This document shows, one piece after another, positions 9,631-19,698 of a stretch of 64,000 bases of DNA. The position numbers and the translations under genes are program-made. The notes under the pieces were generated by a model. The model made no database searches and had not been told where the DNA came from. It saw nothing but the letters and a program-made list of their open reading frames with translations. The DNA comes from a virus. Every line of letters begins with the position of its first letter. Position 1 is the stretch's first letter. The DNA is taken from the IMG/VR virus record IMGVR_UViG_3300046468_002660. One strand, 5' to 3'.

Positions 9631-10398
9631 TTGCAGAAAGAAAGTTTTAAAAATTTAGTAAAACAAAGAATTATGACAAACGATAATCCTTCATCACTCA
9701 AAAATATTTTTTGTGTATCGTACGGTCATGAAGTGAGTATTAAATTCGACACTTCTCCAGAATTTGATTTGGTGGTTCTTAATTATAGCGATGAAGGGTC
9801 AGAAAATAAATTTCCTCATGATTGCACTCATGAGATGCACGTTAAGACAGAATGTAAAGGCGATCTAATGTTGTTGGCATTAAATTTTGTAAACTTAAAT
9901 TATAAAGATTACTCTAGAGTATGTGTGTTTGATGATGATATTACAATAACAATTTCACAGATCAATCAATTATTCGCAATAGCAGAACAGCACTCGCTCG
10001 ATCAATTTGCTCCATCATTATCACGAGACAGTGTCTTTACTCATGCACACACGTTGTGTCACAACAAGGGTGTGCGGAAAGTGCAATGGGTGGAAGTTAT
10101 GATGCCTGGTTTCAGCAAAAGATTTGTTGACCAGATGTTACCATTGTATAATGACTTATATGATACACACAACTTAAAAAGTTCATGGGGGCTGGATACT
10201 CATGTATTCCCAGCAGTCAATAGCAGCATCAATGGCGGTTGTGCGATTATAGATGACATAATTGTGAAGCATCATAGAGCAATACGTAGTCAAGATATAC
10301 AGTTTTCTAATGGTCGATACGCCTCTCAAGAAGCGGCGATAATATGGAGCAAAATAAATGAATTTTCAAAGAAACACCTTTTTCAAAAACATGATTAA
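9631..10398 (+). CDS. DUF707-like putative glycosyltransferase
   Basis: FDDDI, VEVMMP.FS, SWGLD motifs. Confidence 0.6.
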   Translation: MQKESFKNLVKQRIMTNDNPSSLKNIFCVSYGHEVSIKFDTSPEFDLVVLNYSDEGSENKFPHDCTHEMHVKTECKGDLMLLALNFVNLNYKDYSRVCVFDDDITITISQINQLFAIAEQHSLDQFAPSLSRDSVFTHAHTLCHNKGVRKVQWVEVMMPGFSKRFVDQMLPLYNDLYDTHNLKSSWGLDTHVFPAVNSSINGGCAIIDDIIVKHHRAIRSQDIQFSNGRYASQEAAIIWSKINEFSKKHLFQKHD

Positions 10399-11116
10399 CA
10401 ACTTTTTTAATAAAATTTTTGTGATTAATCTTCAGAGATGTTCTGATCGAAAAAATCACGTTGAGAAAATAATGTCTGAACAAAATGTTGACTTTGATTT
10501 TGTGGAAGCTGTTGATGGAGAAGCTGAATTTAAAGATCACGAATATTATGTCGATTTTTTAAAAAAAAATTGTTATAACTGCAACAACTGGAACCAAAGC
10601 AAAGCTCAACTTGGTTGTTGGTTAAGTCATATAAAAATTTGGGAAAAAATTGTAGCAGAAAACATTGAATCTTGTTTAATTTTAGAAGATGATTTTCTTT
10701 TTAATAAAAACGCAAGTGTTGAAGAAACATTAAAAGATCTACCTAAAGACTGGAACATCTTTATGGCTGGTTATGGTAGCGCTCAGATTTCAGATGTGAT
10801 AAATGACAATATTGTTAGGCTTACCACTCCTTCTTGCACTCATGCTTATGCTTTAAAATATGAAGCTGCAAAAATTATTTTAGATAATTGCTATCCATTA
10901 ATGGGAGCTTTAGATAGTTTCACTGGGCATATATTTTTTACTAGAGACAATAATAAAATCTTTAAAAATGGTTTTGAAACTAGGTGTAATTTTACCGCAG
11001 AAGAAATGCAAAAAAGAAACCCTAAATATAGTCTAAATTCTTTGGATAATCTATTTAGTTACGCACCAAAAGAACCTCTTTTTACCCAAGGAGGTTCTAA
11101 TTACTCTACAATTTAA
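10391..11116 (+). CDS. Glycosyltransferase family 25
   Basis: INL.R..DR, AVDG, GCWLSH, ILEDD, THAY. Confidence 0.85.
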   Translation: MINNFFNKIFVINLQRCSDRKNHVEKIMSEQNVDFDFVEAVDGEAEFKDHEYYVDFLKKNCYNCNNWNQSKAQLGCWLSHIKIWEKIVAENIESCLILEDDFLFNKNASVEETLKDLPKDWNIFMAGYGSAQISDVINDNIVRLTTPSCTHAYALKYEAAKIILDNCYPLMGALDSFTGHIFFTRDNNKIFKNGFETRCNFTAEEMQKRNPKYSLNSLDNLFSYAPKEPLFTQGGSNYSTI

Positions 11117-11120
11117 TTCT

Positions 11121-12119
11121 ATGAATTATTTAATTAACTTTGCTCATGGCACTTACTTAGGAGCTCAAAAACAAAACTCTAAGACAGGGATAGAATCTGG
11201 ATGTTTCGATGCTGTTATTCAATATAAATATAAAGACATTGAAGAAAGTTTTGAAGTTGAAAATTCGGAAATTTTAAATGGCGGTAATAGCAAGGGTGCT
11301 GGTTTTTGGCTCTGGAAACCTTATTTTTTACTTAAAACTTTAAAATCCGTCAATGAAGGAGATATAATTTTTTATTCTGACTCTGGAGCCTCCTTTGTGA
11401 GAGATGTTAAACCCTTGATAAATGAAGTTAAAAATTCCCCCCAAGGTCTCGCTTGTTTTCATTTAGGTGGAGATCATAAAGAAGGTCTTTGGACTCAAAA
11501 AACTACGCTTTATGGAATGGAGATGGATACTGAAGAAATAAGAAGTTCAACTCAAATAATGGCGAGTTTTGTCGTTGCAAAAAAATGCGCAAGTGCAATA
11601 TCTATTATTGAAGATTGGTTATCTTTTTGCAAAAAACCTGAGCTTATACGTGATAATAAAAATCTTGGTAAAAACTATCCTGGATTCAGATCTCATAGAC
11701 ATGATCAATCAATTTGGAGTTTAATTTGCAAAAAGCATAAAGTTAAGATTCTTCCCGATCCAACTCATTGGGGATTACATTATAATGGAGATCGCAAAGA
11801 CTTTTTTATATTTCATCATCGCCAAGATCCTCCACCAAAAGAAATTCCTTTGGATTTAATCAATATCGCAAATAATTTCAATAAAATAGATTTAAAAAAT
11901 CATCCAGCTCTAGGAACTTGGAATTATCACAATGTTTTTTATCGTGATGTCTCTGAAGACGGTTCTGTTGTACTTAGGAAAAATGACGATATTATATGGA
12001 CTAAAAATTGCATTTCTAAAACTAAAGATTCTTTTTTATTGGAAGACGATCTTTTTCATCAATTTGTTGATGGAAGTTTAAACATAGAGGGCAAATACAA
12101 AGGAGCAAGAGTTCAATGA
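11121..12119 (+). CDS. Putative glycosyltransferase-like protein
   Basis: GAGFWLWKP, YSDSG, HRHDQSIWSL motifs typical of viral glycan loci. Confidence 0.55.
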   Translation: MNYLINFAHGTYLGAQKQNSKTGIESGCFDAVIQYKYKDIEESFEVENSEILNGGNSKGAGFWLWKPYFLLKTLKSVNEGDIIFYSDSGASFVRDVKPLINEVKNSPQGLACFHLGGDHKEGLWTQKTTLYGMEMDTEEIRSSTQIMASFVVAKKCASAISIIEDWLSFCKKPELIRDNKNLGKNYPGFRSHRHDQSIWSLICKKHKVKILPDPTHWGLHYNGDRKDFFIFHHRQDPPPKEIPLDLINIANNFNKIDLKNHPALGTWNYHNVFYRDVSEDGSVVLRKNDDIIWTKNCISKTKDSFLLEDDLFHQFVDGSLNIEGKYKGARVQ

Positions 12120-13069
12120 ATTTTGAATTTAAAAAATTAGATTATAAAAATCTTTTAAATAAGTATTCTATTGAAATAGCTAGCAATGAACCCTCAGAAA
12201 GAGAGTTTGCCTATGCTAAAGTTTCTTTTAATCAACTTTCTGAAATTGATTACTCTATTGTGATGCCAGTGTTCAATCAAGAAGATTTAATTAAAAAACA
12301 TATAGAATCTATATTAAAATATACTAAAGACAATTATGAACTAATTTTAATATTGGATTTTTGTGTAGACAACACAGAAAAAGAAATTTTAAATTTTTTC
12401 TCGAACTACGCTAATAGTTACAATAATTTAGAATCTGTTACTATTGTTAAGCACTGTAAATTTCCAATTTTCGAAGCTTCTTGTGATAACGTTGGCTTTA
12501 TGCTTGCTAAAGGAAAATTCCTACTAGAAATACAATCAGATATGGAAATGACTGAAAGTGGTTATAATTTACAATTAAAAAGACCTTTTGATCATTTTGA
12601 TAACTGTATAGGTGTTTCTGGAAGATGCACGGCTAACTTTTCTAAAAGTTGGCTTACTGGTTCCAAATGTCACAGCACCTTAACTAAAGTATCTGACACT
12701 GGTACTAGTAGAGATATTTTTTATCAACATGATACTTGCTGTCGAGGTCCATTATTACTAGATAGAGAAAAATCTGCAAGCTTATCTTTTTTAAATGAAA
12801 AAGATTTTCATCTAGACGATGCTGATCATCACTTTTTCGCAAGAGCTTCAGCTGAAAACTATATATGTGGATACATGGCAATTGATTTTTATTCTAATCT
12901 AAACATGGGATCTTCAAGAAAGAGGGGTAAATTACCTCGTGATTCATATTTAATAAATGAAGAATACCTACATTTAAGACAGCAAAACTATAGTGTTAAT
13001 TTTTATGATGGCACTAACTTTATACAAATGCCAAATGTCATTAAACACGAACTTATAAAAAATAATTAA
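12116..13069 (+). CDS. Glycosyltransferase family 2
   Basis: SIVMPVFNQE, ELILILD.C.D.T. Confidence 0.75.
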   Translation: MNFEFKKLDYKNLLNKYSIEIASNEPSEREFAYAKVSFNQLSEIDYSIVMPVFNQEDLIKKHIESILKYTKDNYELILILDFCVDNTEKEILNFFSNYANSYNNLESVTIVKHCKFPIFEASCDNVGFMLAKGKFLLEIQSDMEMTESGYNLQLKRPFDHFDNCIGVSGRCTANFSKSWLTGSKCHSTLTKVSDTGTSRDIFYQHDTCCRGPLLLDREKSASLSFLNEKDFHLDDADHHFFARASAENYICGYMAIDFYSNLNMGSSRKRGKLPRDSYLINEEYLHLRQQNYSVNFYDGTNFIQMPNVIKHELIKNN

Positions 13070-13077
13070 AAAATAAT

Positions 13078-13869
13078 ATGGAAATCACAGATTCAGAAAA
13101 AGCAAAATTACTAAACGCCTTTAGAAGTTCGTCTGCAAACGACGAATCTTTTAAAAACTTATGGTATAAAGGAGCCTCTTTATATATTCCACAAATTAAT
13201 GAACTTTTAAATTTAACTCCTGATAATTCGTTTGAATTAAAAGATATTGATCATTTTAAAAACGAAGATCAAAATTATTTAGGGGATATTTTCTCCAAGT
13301 ATAAATCTGATAAATCTACACAACATAATTATCATATTTTATATTCTTTTATCTTAAACTCTCTAGGTAAAGACAAGGAATTAAACCTCCTTGAGATAGG
13401 TCTGGGCACAAACAACGGCAGTCTTGTATCGTCAATGGGTGCTGACGGCACTCCAGGAGCTTCAACTAGAGCTTTTAAAGAGTATTTACCTAATGGTAAT
13501 ATATATGGAGCTGATATAGATAAAGAAATTTTATTTGAAGAAGATAGAATTAAAACTTGTTATGTAGATCAACTTGAAATTGATTCTTTCTCCAACATCA
13601 CTGAAACTTTTGGTGATATAAAATATGATTTAATTATAGACGATGGACTTCATTCAACTGGCGCTAATCTTAATACATTACTCTTTGCTCTAAATAATGT
13701 AAAGGGTGGGGGCTGGATAGTTATAGAAGACATAGGATTTGAAACTTTTGGTTTATATAACAACTGGAAGATAGTTCATTATATATTGTCTAAACTACCC
13801 TTGGAAGTTTACATGGTCAAGGCTAGGCATCATTGCTTATTTTGTGTCCGTAAAAATTATATTAATTAA
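13078..13869 (+). CDS. Class I SAM-dependent (sugar O-)methyltransferase
   Basis: SDK..HNY, LEIGLG, GADID, DLIIDDGLH, GG.IVIED. Confidence 0.75.
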   Translation: MEITDSEKAKLLNAFRSSSANDESFKNLWYKGASLYIPQINELLNLTPDNSFELKDIDHFKNEDQNYLGDIFSKYKSDKSTQHNYHILYSFILNSLGKDKELNLLEIGLGTNNGSLVSSMGADGTPGASTRAFKEYLPNGNIYGADIDKEILFEEDRIKTCYVDQLEIDSFSNITETFGDIKYDLIIDDGLHSTGANLNTLLFALNNVKGGGWIVIEDIGFETFGLYNNWKIVHYILSKLPLEVYMVKARHHCLFCVRKNYIN

Positions 13870-13905
13870 TTGCATATCCTCGTTCTAGAAGTGTAAGTAT
13901 GTTTA

Positions 13906-14619
13906 GTGAATTATATTAGTTACAGTTTGTGGGGGGGTGAGTCTATTTATAATCAAGGTGCCATTCAAAACGCCAAACAAATCTCCGAAATATACCCAAA
14001 TTGGAAAATGGTAGTTTTTCACTCCCAAAAAACCTCCAAAAAAATTTTAAACGAATTAGTATCGTTAGATTGTCTTTGCATAAAAGCTGACGAGTCTTTT
14101 TATGGAATGTTTTGGAGGTTTTTTGCTCATGATTTAGCTGATGCTGATTATATTATCTTTCGAGATGTTGATTCTAGATTGAGTTTGAGAGAAAAATTTG
14201 CGGTTGAAGAGTGGATTGCTTCTGGTAAAAGCGCTCATTGCATTAGAGACCATCCTTTGCATAGAATCCCAGCGAGATGCGCTTACCCTTCTTTCTTGGG
14301 AGGCATGTGGGGAATAAAAAAAAGCTCTTATCCATCATTGATTAGTGAAATTAAAAAATCTCCACTTTCAAAATGCTTTGCTGGGGAAAATAAAAACTCT
14401 CGTGCGCTATATGGCTTTGATCAAGAATTTTTGCAAAACATTTATAATTATTTTAATAACAAAAATGACATTTTTATCCATGATGAATTTGGTGATGGCA
14501 ATAAAATAGATTACCCTAGAGATAATTATGCCTTTATAGGAGAAAGAATGACAGTTAATAATCTACCAACTTGTTCAGACAGAAACTATATTAAAGCTTG
14601 GTACAATGAAAATAAATAA
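13906..14619 (+). CDS. Putative glycosyltransferase-like protein
   Basis: SYSLWG, MFWRF, RDVDSR, IRDHP.H, GGMWG, DQEFL. Confidence 0.55.
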   Translation: MNYISYSLWGGESIYNQGAIQNAKQISEIYPNWKMVVFHSQKTSKKILNELVSLDCLCIKADESFYGMFWRFFAHDLADADYIIFRDVDSRLSLREKFAVEEWIASGKSAHCIRDHPLHRIPARCAYPSFLGGMWGIKKSSYPSLISEIKKSPLSKCFAGENKNSRALYGFDQEFLQNIYNYFNNKNDIFIHDEFGDGNKIDYPRDNYAFIGERMTVNNLPTCSDRNYIKAWYNENK

Positions 14620-15364
14620 AGTTATACTCTCCTCAAATAACAACCCTAACTATATAGAGTTTTGGCCTTCGGTTTACGAAACTTGGTCTAAACTTGGGGT
14701 TGAAGCTTATTTATTTTACATCGGCAAAAGCTCTAAACATTTAAACTACTCGGAAAACGTTCTTACTTTCGATATTGACCTTATGGGTGTAAACGATTGT
14801 TTTGCATCTCAATGTTTAAGGTTATTGGGGCCAAGCCTTTTCCCTGATGACTTTGTTATTATATCTGATGTGGACATGTATCCGTTAAGTTATGATTATT
14901 TTCACAAAAGTGTAGAAAACCTTAAAGATGATTTATTTATTAATTATAGAGGCGGTGTAGTGAGAAGTTCAGAGTTGCCAATGTGTTATAATTTAGCCAA
15001 AGGTTCGACTTGGAGGGAAGTTTTTGAAATTGAAAGCGAAGACTTGGCAAATTCTTGGAAATCTATTTTTCGAGACATTTTAATAAAATGGTTTCCAGTT
15101 GAATATAAAACTCCTTGGGAGGTTCACCAAGGCTACCTCTGGGAAACTGATCAATCTCAACTCAGAAGTCACATTAATAAATGGAACGCAAAGACAAAGA
15201 GATTTTATCAACTTTATGATCGTGATACTAATTTTTCCAGGCTAGATCATAGAGGTGGCAGATTACATGATTCGTATACTGATGGTAATACTGATTTTTC
15301 GCCCGCAAGACCCTTTTCTGAACATGAAGATCGCATTTTAAAAGTTATAAATCAAATAGTATGA
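14606..15364 (+). CDS. Putative glycosyltransferase-like protein
   Basis: SDVDM (DxD), W.TDQ; operon context. Confidence 0.5.
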   Translation: MKINKVILSSNNNPNYIEFWPSVYETWSKLGVEAYLFYIGKSSKHLNYSENVLTFDIDLMGVNDCFASQCLRLLGPSLFPDDFVIISDVDMYPLSYDYFHKSVENLKDDLFINYRGGVVRSSELPMCYNLAKGSTWREVFEIESEDLANSWKSIFRDILIKWFPVEYKTPWEVHQGYLWETDQSQLRSHINKWNAKTKRFYQLYDRDTNFSRLDHRGGRLHDSYTDGNTDFSPARPFSEHEDRILKVINQIV

Positions 15365-16143
15365 ACAACTTTATAGAAATTAATAAATTCTCACATCTTC
15401 ATGACGGCGATAAAGTTTTCTTTTGTAAAACTGATTTTTTGAACAACCAATTTCGTGAAATTTCTAAACTAAAACATGACGTTCTTTTAATTTCTGGGAA
15501 TTCAGATTATTGTATTACTGACAATCATATTAAAGAGCTGCCAAGTAACGTTAAGTTTTGGTTTGCTCACAACTGCTTGGTTGATGATGACAGAGTTCAT
15601 CCACTTCCAATGGGTATAGAAAATCAATCAGAGTCAGCCTTGGGTGCAAGACATGGAGTATCTTGGGGAGGGAGAAAACGAGACATCTTATTATCTAACA
15701 TAAAACAAAAACCTCCTACAAAATTTGCTTATTCAAATTTTCGAATTTGGACAAACTCTGAACATAGATCCTTAATTCGTGATATCAGCATTGAAGCTGA
15801 TTATATTGACTGGGAAAATCCATCTCTTACAAATGAAGGCTTTTATAATAAATGTTTAGATTACGAATTAGTTGTTTGTGCTCAGGGTAATGGCCCAGGA
15901 GATAATCATAGAATCTATGAAACTCTTTATCTTGAAAGAATTCCTATTACTTTTAATCAGTGTATGTACAAAAAATTGCATCATAACTTTCCTGTTATTT
16001 GCCTAGATGATCCCAATAAATTAAAAGATAAAAAATTTTTAGATGAAGAGCTAAAGAAAATAAAATCGAAAACATTTAATAGGAACATGTTACACCCAGA
16101 ATGGTGGATTAACGAAATAAAAAATAAAATAGAATTATTATGA
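15361..16143 (+). CDS. Exostosin/GT47-like protein
   Basis: GNG..D.HRIYETLYL..IP motif. Confidence 0.6.
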   Translation: MNNFIEINKFSHLHDGDKVFFCKTDFLNNQFREISKLKHDVLLISGNSDYCITDNHIKELPSNVKFWFAHNCLVDDDRVHPLPMGIENQSESALGARHGVSWGGRKRDILLSNIKQKPPTKFAYSNFRIWTNSEHRSLIRDISIEADYIDWENPSLTNEGFYNKCLDYELVVCAQGNGPGDNHRIYETLYLERIPITFNQCMYKKLHHNFPVICLDDPNKLKDKKFLDEELKKIKSKTFNRNMLHPEWWINEIKNKIELL

Positions 16144-16556
16144 AATCAATCAATGATGTTAAACAAGGTAAAAATGTAAAAATTAGTGACTTTACAAATC
16201 TTTATGGCTGTGAATTGGAGGATGATGTTTTCGTCGGTCCCTTTGTTGAAATACAGTCTAACGTAAAAATCGGAAAATCAACAAGAGTTTCATCACATTC
16301 TTTTATTTGCTCGAATGTAAATGTAGGCAAAAATTGCTTCATAGCGCATGGAGTTATGTTTACAAATGATAAATTTACAGAAAACAAAAGTGAGTGGATA
16401 GAAAGACCGACCCAAATTGGAAATAATGTCAGAATTGGATCTAATGCAACTATATTACCAGTGACTATTGGAGATAATGTTATTATTGGTGCAGGAGCTG
16501 TTGTTACAAAAGATGTTCCTAGTAACTCTGTAGTGAAAGGTAATCCAGCAAAATGA
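16140..16556 (+). CDS. Hexapeptide-repeat sugar N-acetyltransferase (WbpD/WlbB-like)
   Basis: Left-handed beta-helix repeats, FTND, GAGAVVTKDVP, GNPA. Confidence 0.85.
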   Translation: MKSINDVKQGKNVKISDFTNLYGCELEDDVFVGPFVEIQSNVKIGKSTRVSSHSFICSNVNVGKNCFIAHGVMFTNDKFTENKSEWIERPTQIGNNVRIGSNATILPVTIGDNVIIGAGAVVTKDVPSNSVVKGNPAK

Positions 16557-17434
16557 ATCTTAAAATAGGTATAGTTGGTCTTGGTTATTGGGGAAAAATA
16601 ATTTTAAAAAACTTAAAAGGTTTAGGGTATAAAAATATAAAAGTATATGAACCAAATAAAATTAATTGGGGAGATATAGGCTTTAAGGTTCCCACGGCAG
16701 AAAGTATGGAGGATTTGCTTGATAGAGATAAAATCTTTGTTGTAACTCCGACTAATACTCATTCTTTAGTTTGTAATTTTTTTATTAAGCATGGTGTAGA
16801 TATTTTTTGCGAAAAACCTTTAACAAATGATTTAAGCGCGACTCTAGATTTGTACAAAAACATTAACGAAAACTCTTCAAAACTTTTTGTTGACTGGCTT
16901 TTTACTTTTAACCCTGCTGTCAAAAAAATAAAGGAAATCATTCAATCGAAAGGAGCTCCCAAAACAATTATTTCAAATCGCTTGAATTATGGACCTCAAA
17001 GATTTGATGTCGATGCGAGGCTAGACTTATCATCGCACGATGTTTCTATAATGTTGCATTGGCTTGAAGTTTTTCCAACTACAATAAACTGGGTTGACTT
17101 TAAAAGAAATAAGTCCTCTGTCACCAATGATAGCAATATTGGAGTTCTTTCATTCGACAAGGGGGACAACACCACATCAGTTCAAATTAATTCTAGTTGG
17201 GAATTTGGAGAAAAAAATAGGGATGTTATAATTGAATTTTACGATGGCGAATTTTTAAAATGGAATGATTTCTCTGGATTGCTTACCTTAAATGGCTCAA
17301 ACATATCTTTTGAAAATTACTCCCCTTTAGAAAAAAGTATTTCTACTTTTTTAGAAAACAAATTTGATCAAGAAAAAAACAAGCTGTTAACTATAAATAT
17401 TAATAAAATTTTGCAAAATGAAGATACAATTTAA
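16553..17434 (+). CDS. Gfo/Idh/MocA oxidoreductase (WbpB/WlbA-like)
   Basis: GLGYWG, CEKP, DL..HD. Confidence 0.8.
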   Translation: MNLKIGIVGLGYWGKIILKNLKGLGYKNIKVYEPNKINWGDIGFKVPTAESMEDLLDRDKIFVVTPTNTHSLVCNFFIKHGVDIFCEKPLTNDLSATLDLYKNINENSSKLFVDWLFTFNPAVKKIKEIIQSKGAPKTIISNRLNYGPQRFDVDARLDLSSHDVSIMLHWLEVFPTTINWVDFKRNKSSVTNDSNIGVLSFDKGDNTTSVQINSSWEFGEKNRDVIIEFYDGEFLKWNDFSGLLTLNGSNISFENYSPLEKSISTFLENKFDQEKNKLLTININKILQNEDTI

Positions 17435-18524
17435 CGACCTTAATGCTCAGTGGCAAATAATCAAAAAAAATACGCTTAAAGAGTTTGAAAAACTTTTTAA
17501 AAAGTCTAATTTTATTTTAGGGGATCAAGTCAAAACTTTTGAAGATAATTTCTCTAAATACATCAACTCAAAATACTCTGTTGGCGTTTCAAATGGAACA
17601 GATGCATTAAAATTGTCAACTCAGGCTCTTGACCTTCAAGGTTCTATATGTTTTATATTGCCAGCAAATACATATGTTGCAACAATCCTCGGTCCTGAGC
17701 AAGCTTACCCAAATGCACATTTTGAAATTGTTGACTGCGATAATTTTCATCAAATTGACACAAAAAAGACAGAAAACTTTTTAAAGAAAAATTCTTCCCG
17801 CTTTGACAGTATTGTGTTAATTCCTGTTCACCTTTATGGATATTCTTGCGACATGGATGAATTAATGAGAATAAAAAAGCAATACAATTGCTACATGATT
17901 GAAGATTCTTCTCAAGCTCATGGAGCACAATGGAAAGGCAAGACGGTAGGGACTTTTGGTGATGTCTCAGCTTTTTCCTTATACCCTGGGAAAAATTTAG
18001 GTGCGGCTGGAGACGCGGGTGTAATATCTACGAACAACAAACAAATTTACGATAAATTATTAAAGCTTAGAGGTTTAGGTTCAGTTAAAAAATATATTCA
18101 TGACATGAAAGGTGGTAATCATCGTTTAGACACTCTTCAAGCAATTATTTTAAATGAAAAAATTAAATTTATTGAAGATTGGAATGAATCGAGAAGAAGA
18201 GTGGTTAAATTTTTTGAGTCGAAAATATCAAATCCAAAGATAAAACTGCCAAAAACTCAAAACTATTGCTTGCCTGTTCATCATATCTACCCAGTTTTAG
18301 TAGATAATAGAGATGATTTTACAAATTTTTTAGATAAACATTCTATCCAGTGGGGTATACATTACCCAATATGTATAGAAGATATGTGCATGTATAAAAA
18401 TTTAGTCCCCAAGCCAAATGTTAAGGCATTATCTTTTAGCAAACGGATGGTAAGCCTGCCAATACATCCTTTTTTAAACGAGCAACAGCTTGACTATTTA
18501 GTTGAAATTTTAAATATTTATTAA
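17418..18524 (+). CDS. DegT/DnrJ/EryC1/StrS sugar aminotransferase (WbpE/WlbC-like)
   Basis: NGTDAL, VHLYG, EDSSQAHG, SLYPGKNLG.GDAG. Confidence 0.92.
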   Translation: MKIQFNDLNAQWQIIKKNTLKEFEKLFKKSNFILGDQVKTFEDNFSKYINSKYSVGVSNGTDALKLSTQALDLQGSICFILPANTYVATILGPEQAYPNAHFEIVDCDNFHQIDTKKTENFLKKNSSRFDSIVLIPVHLYGYSCDMDELMRIKKQYNCYMIEDSSQAHGAQWKGKTVGTFGDVSAFSLYPGKNLGAAGDAGVISTNNKQIYDKLLKLRGLGSVKKYIHDMKGGNHRLDTLQAIILNEKIKFIEDWNESRRRVVKFFESKISNPKIKLPKTQNYCLPVHHIYPVLVDNRDDFTNFLDKHSIQWGIHYPICIEDMCMYKNLVPKPNVKALSFSKRMVSLPIHPFLNEQQLDYLVEILNIY

Positions 18525-18599
18525 ATTTTAAAGAAACTTTTAGCGTTGTGAATGTGTATAGTTGATTTTTTAAAGTTTTATTTTAATATCTAAATATAG

Positions 18600-19592
18600 A
18601 TGAGCGAAAGCATTCGAGAAAAAAATAAAAAAATAATCAAAAATATGCTTTTTTGGTTACATCAAGTTTGCTTAAAGCATAATTTAAGATATATGGCGAA
18701 AGGTGGAACATTAATTGGAGCGGTAAGACATAAAGGAGTAATTCCTTGGGATGGAGATGGTGACGTTTTTATGCCTATTGATGATTGGCTAAAACTCCAT
18801 AAACTTATTACTGAAATTGAAGACCCTTATTTCTTAAATTCAGATGGGTCATGGACTTCGGCAAGAACTCCAACTTGGGGAAGTTTAAGCTCTGGTCACC
18901 CACAAAAAGGAGTTGTTAAAAAGTTCAACATGCCGAATGATCTTTTTTTTCAATGTGCTGCAACCGATTATCATATGGCAGGTAGAATTATTAAAATAAG
19001 GTCAAAAGAACTCTATAATACCCCCGCCTCAACCTGGGGACCATCTCACGCAGGTGTGCAGTTAGATATATTCCCAATAACAATTCAACACGATCACATC
19101 TTAATAGATTATGAAGAAACCCCAACTGGTCATTATCATTGGCAACCTCTAAGCGAAGTATTTCCTTTAGTTACATTGCCGTTTGAAGATAGAGAAATTT
19201 TTTGCGCAAAAAACCATTTATCTAGATTAAAAGATTCTTACGGAGCAGAAATTCCCCCATTCCCCGAAAACTATAGACATCTTTTAGGGGATGGTTGGTC
19301 TCATGAAGGTCCAGTTGCAGAAATAAAATCACGCCCATTAAATTATTATCTTGAACATTTTCCTCATTTTTACAATGAAGATATGTCTTTAAAAGATTCT
19401 ACTATTTCTGGAAACCCAGAGTCTGTTGAAGAATTTCTTTCAAAGAATACATTAAAAGCTGCAACTCCAGACACTTACGTTCCTCAAAACACTAAACCAA
19501 GAAAAGGGACGGACCCTTTTTGGAAATTATTTTCTCAACACGAAAAAACAAAAGGTAAAGAATTTGTTCAAACTCGCCCTCCTAAACTTTAA
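18600..19592 (+). CDS. LicD-family phospho-substituent transferase
   Basis: GTLIGAVRHKGVIPWD.DGD, QLDIFP. Confidence 0.85.
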   Translation: MSESIREKNKKIIKNMLFWLHQVCLKHNLRYMAKGGTLIGAVRHKGVIPWDGDGDVFMPIDDWLKLHKLITEIEDPYFLNSDGSWTSARTPTWGSLSSGHPQKGVVKKFNMPNDLFFQCAATDYHMAGRIIKIRSKELYNTPASTWGPSHAGVQLDIFPITIQHDHILIDYEETPTGHYHWQPLSEVFPLVTLPFEDREIFCAKNHLSRLKDSYGAEIPPFPENYRHLLGDGWSHEGPVAEIKSRPLNYYLEHFPHFYNEDMSLKDSTISGNPESVEEFLSKNTLKAATPDTYVPQNTKPRKGTDPFWKLFSQHEKTKGKEFVQTRPPKL

Positions 19593-19698
19593 ATAATTTA
19601 CACCTTGATCTTGCAAAAAATTTGTGTTAAAATTCAAAACATGGATTTTATTGAGTTTCTGCTTGACACTTTACTTCTAATAGTATAAACTAATAAAC

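Noticed and set aside
1-19592. Eukaryotic giant virus or bacterial chromosome origin
   Set aside because: Sigma70 promoters, Rho-independent terminators, a sigma factor, rIIA/rIIB and the orphan small-gene array indicate a bacteriophage; no NCLDV core or cellular housekeeping operons are seen
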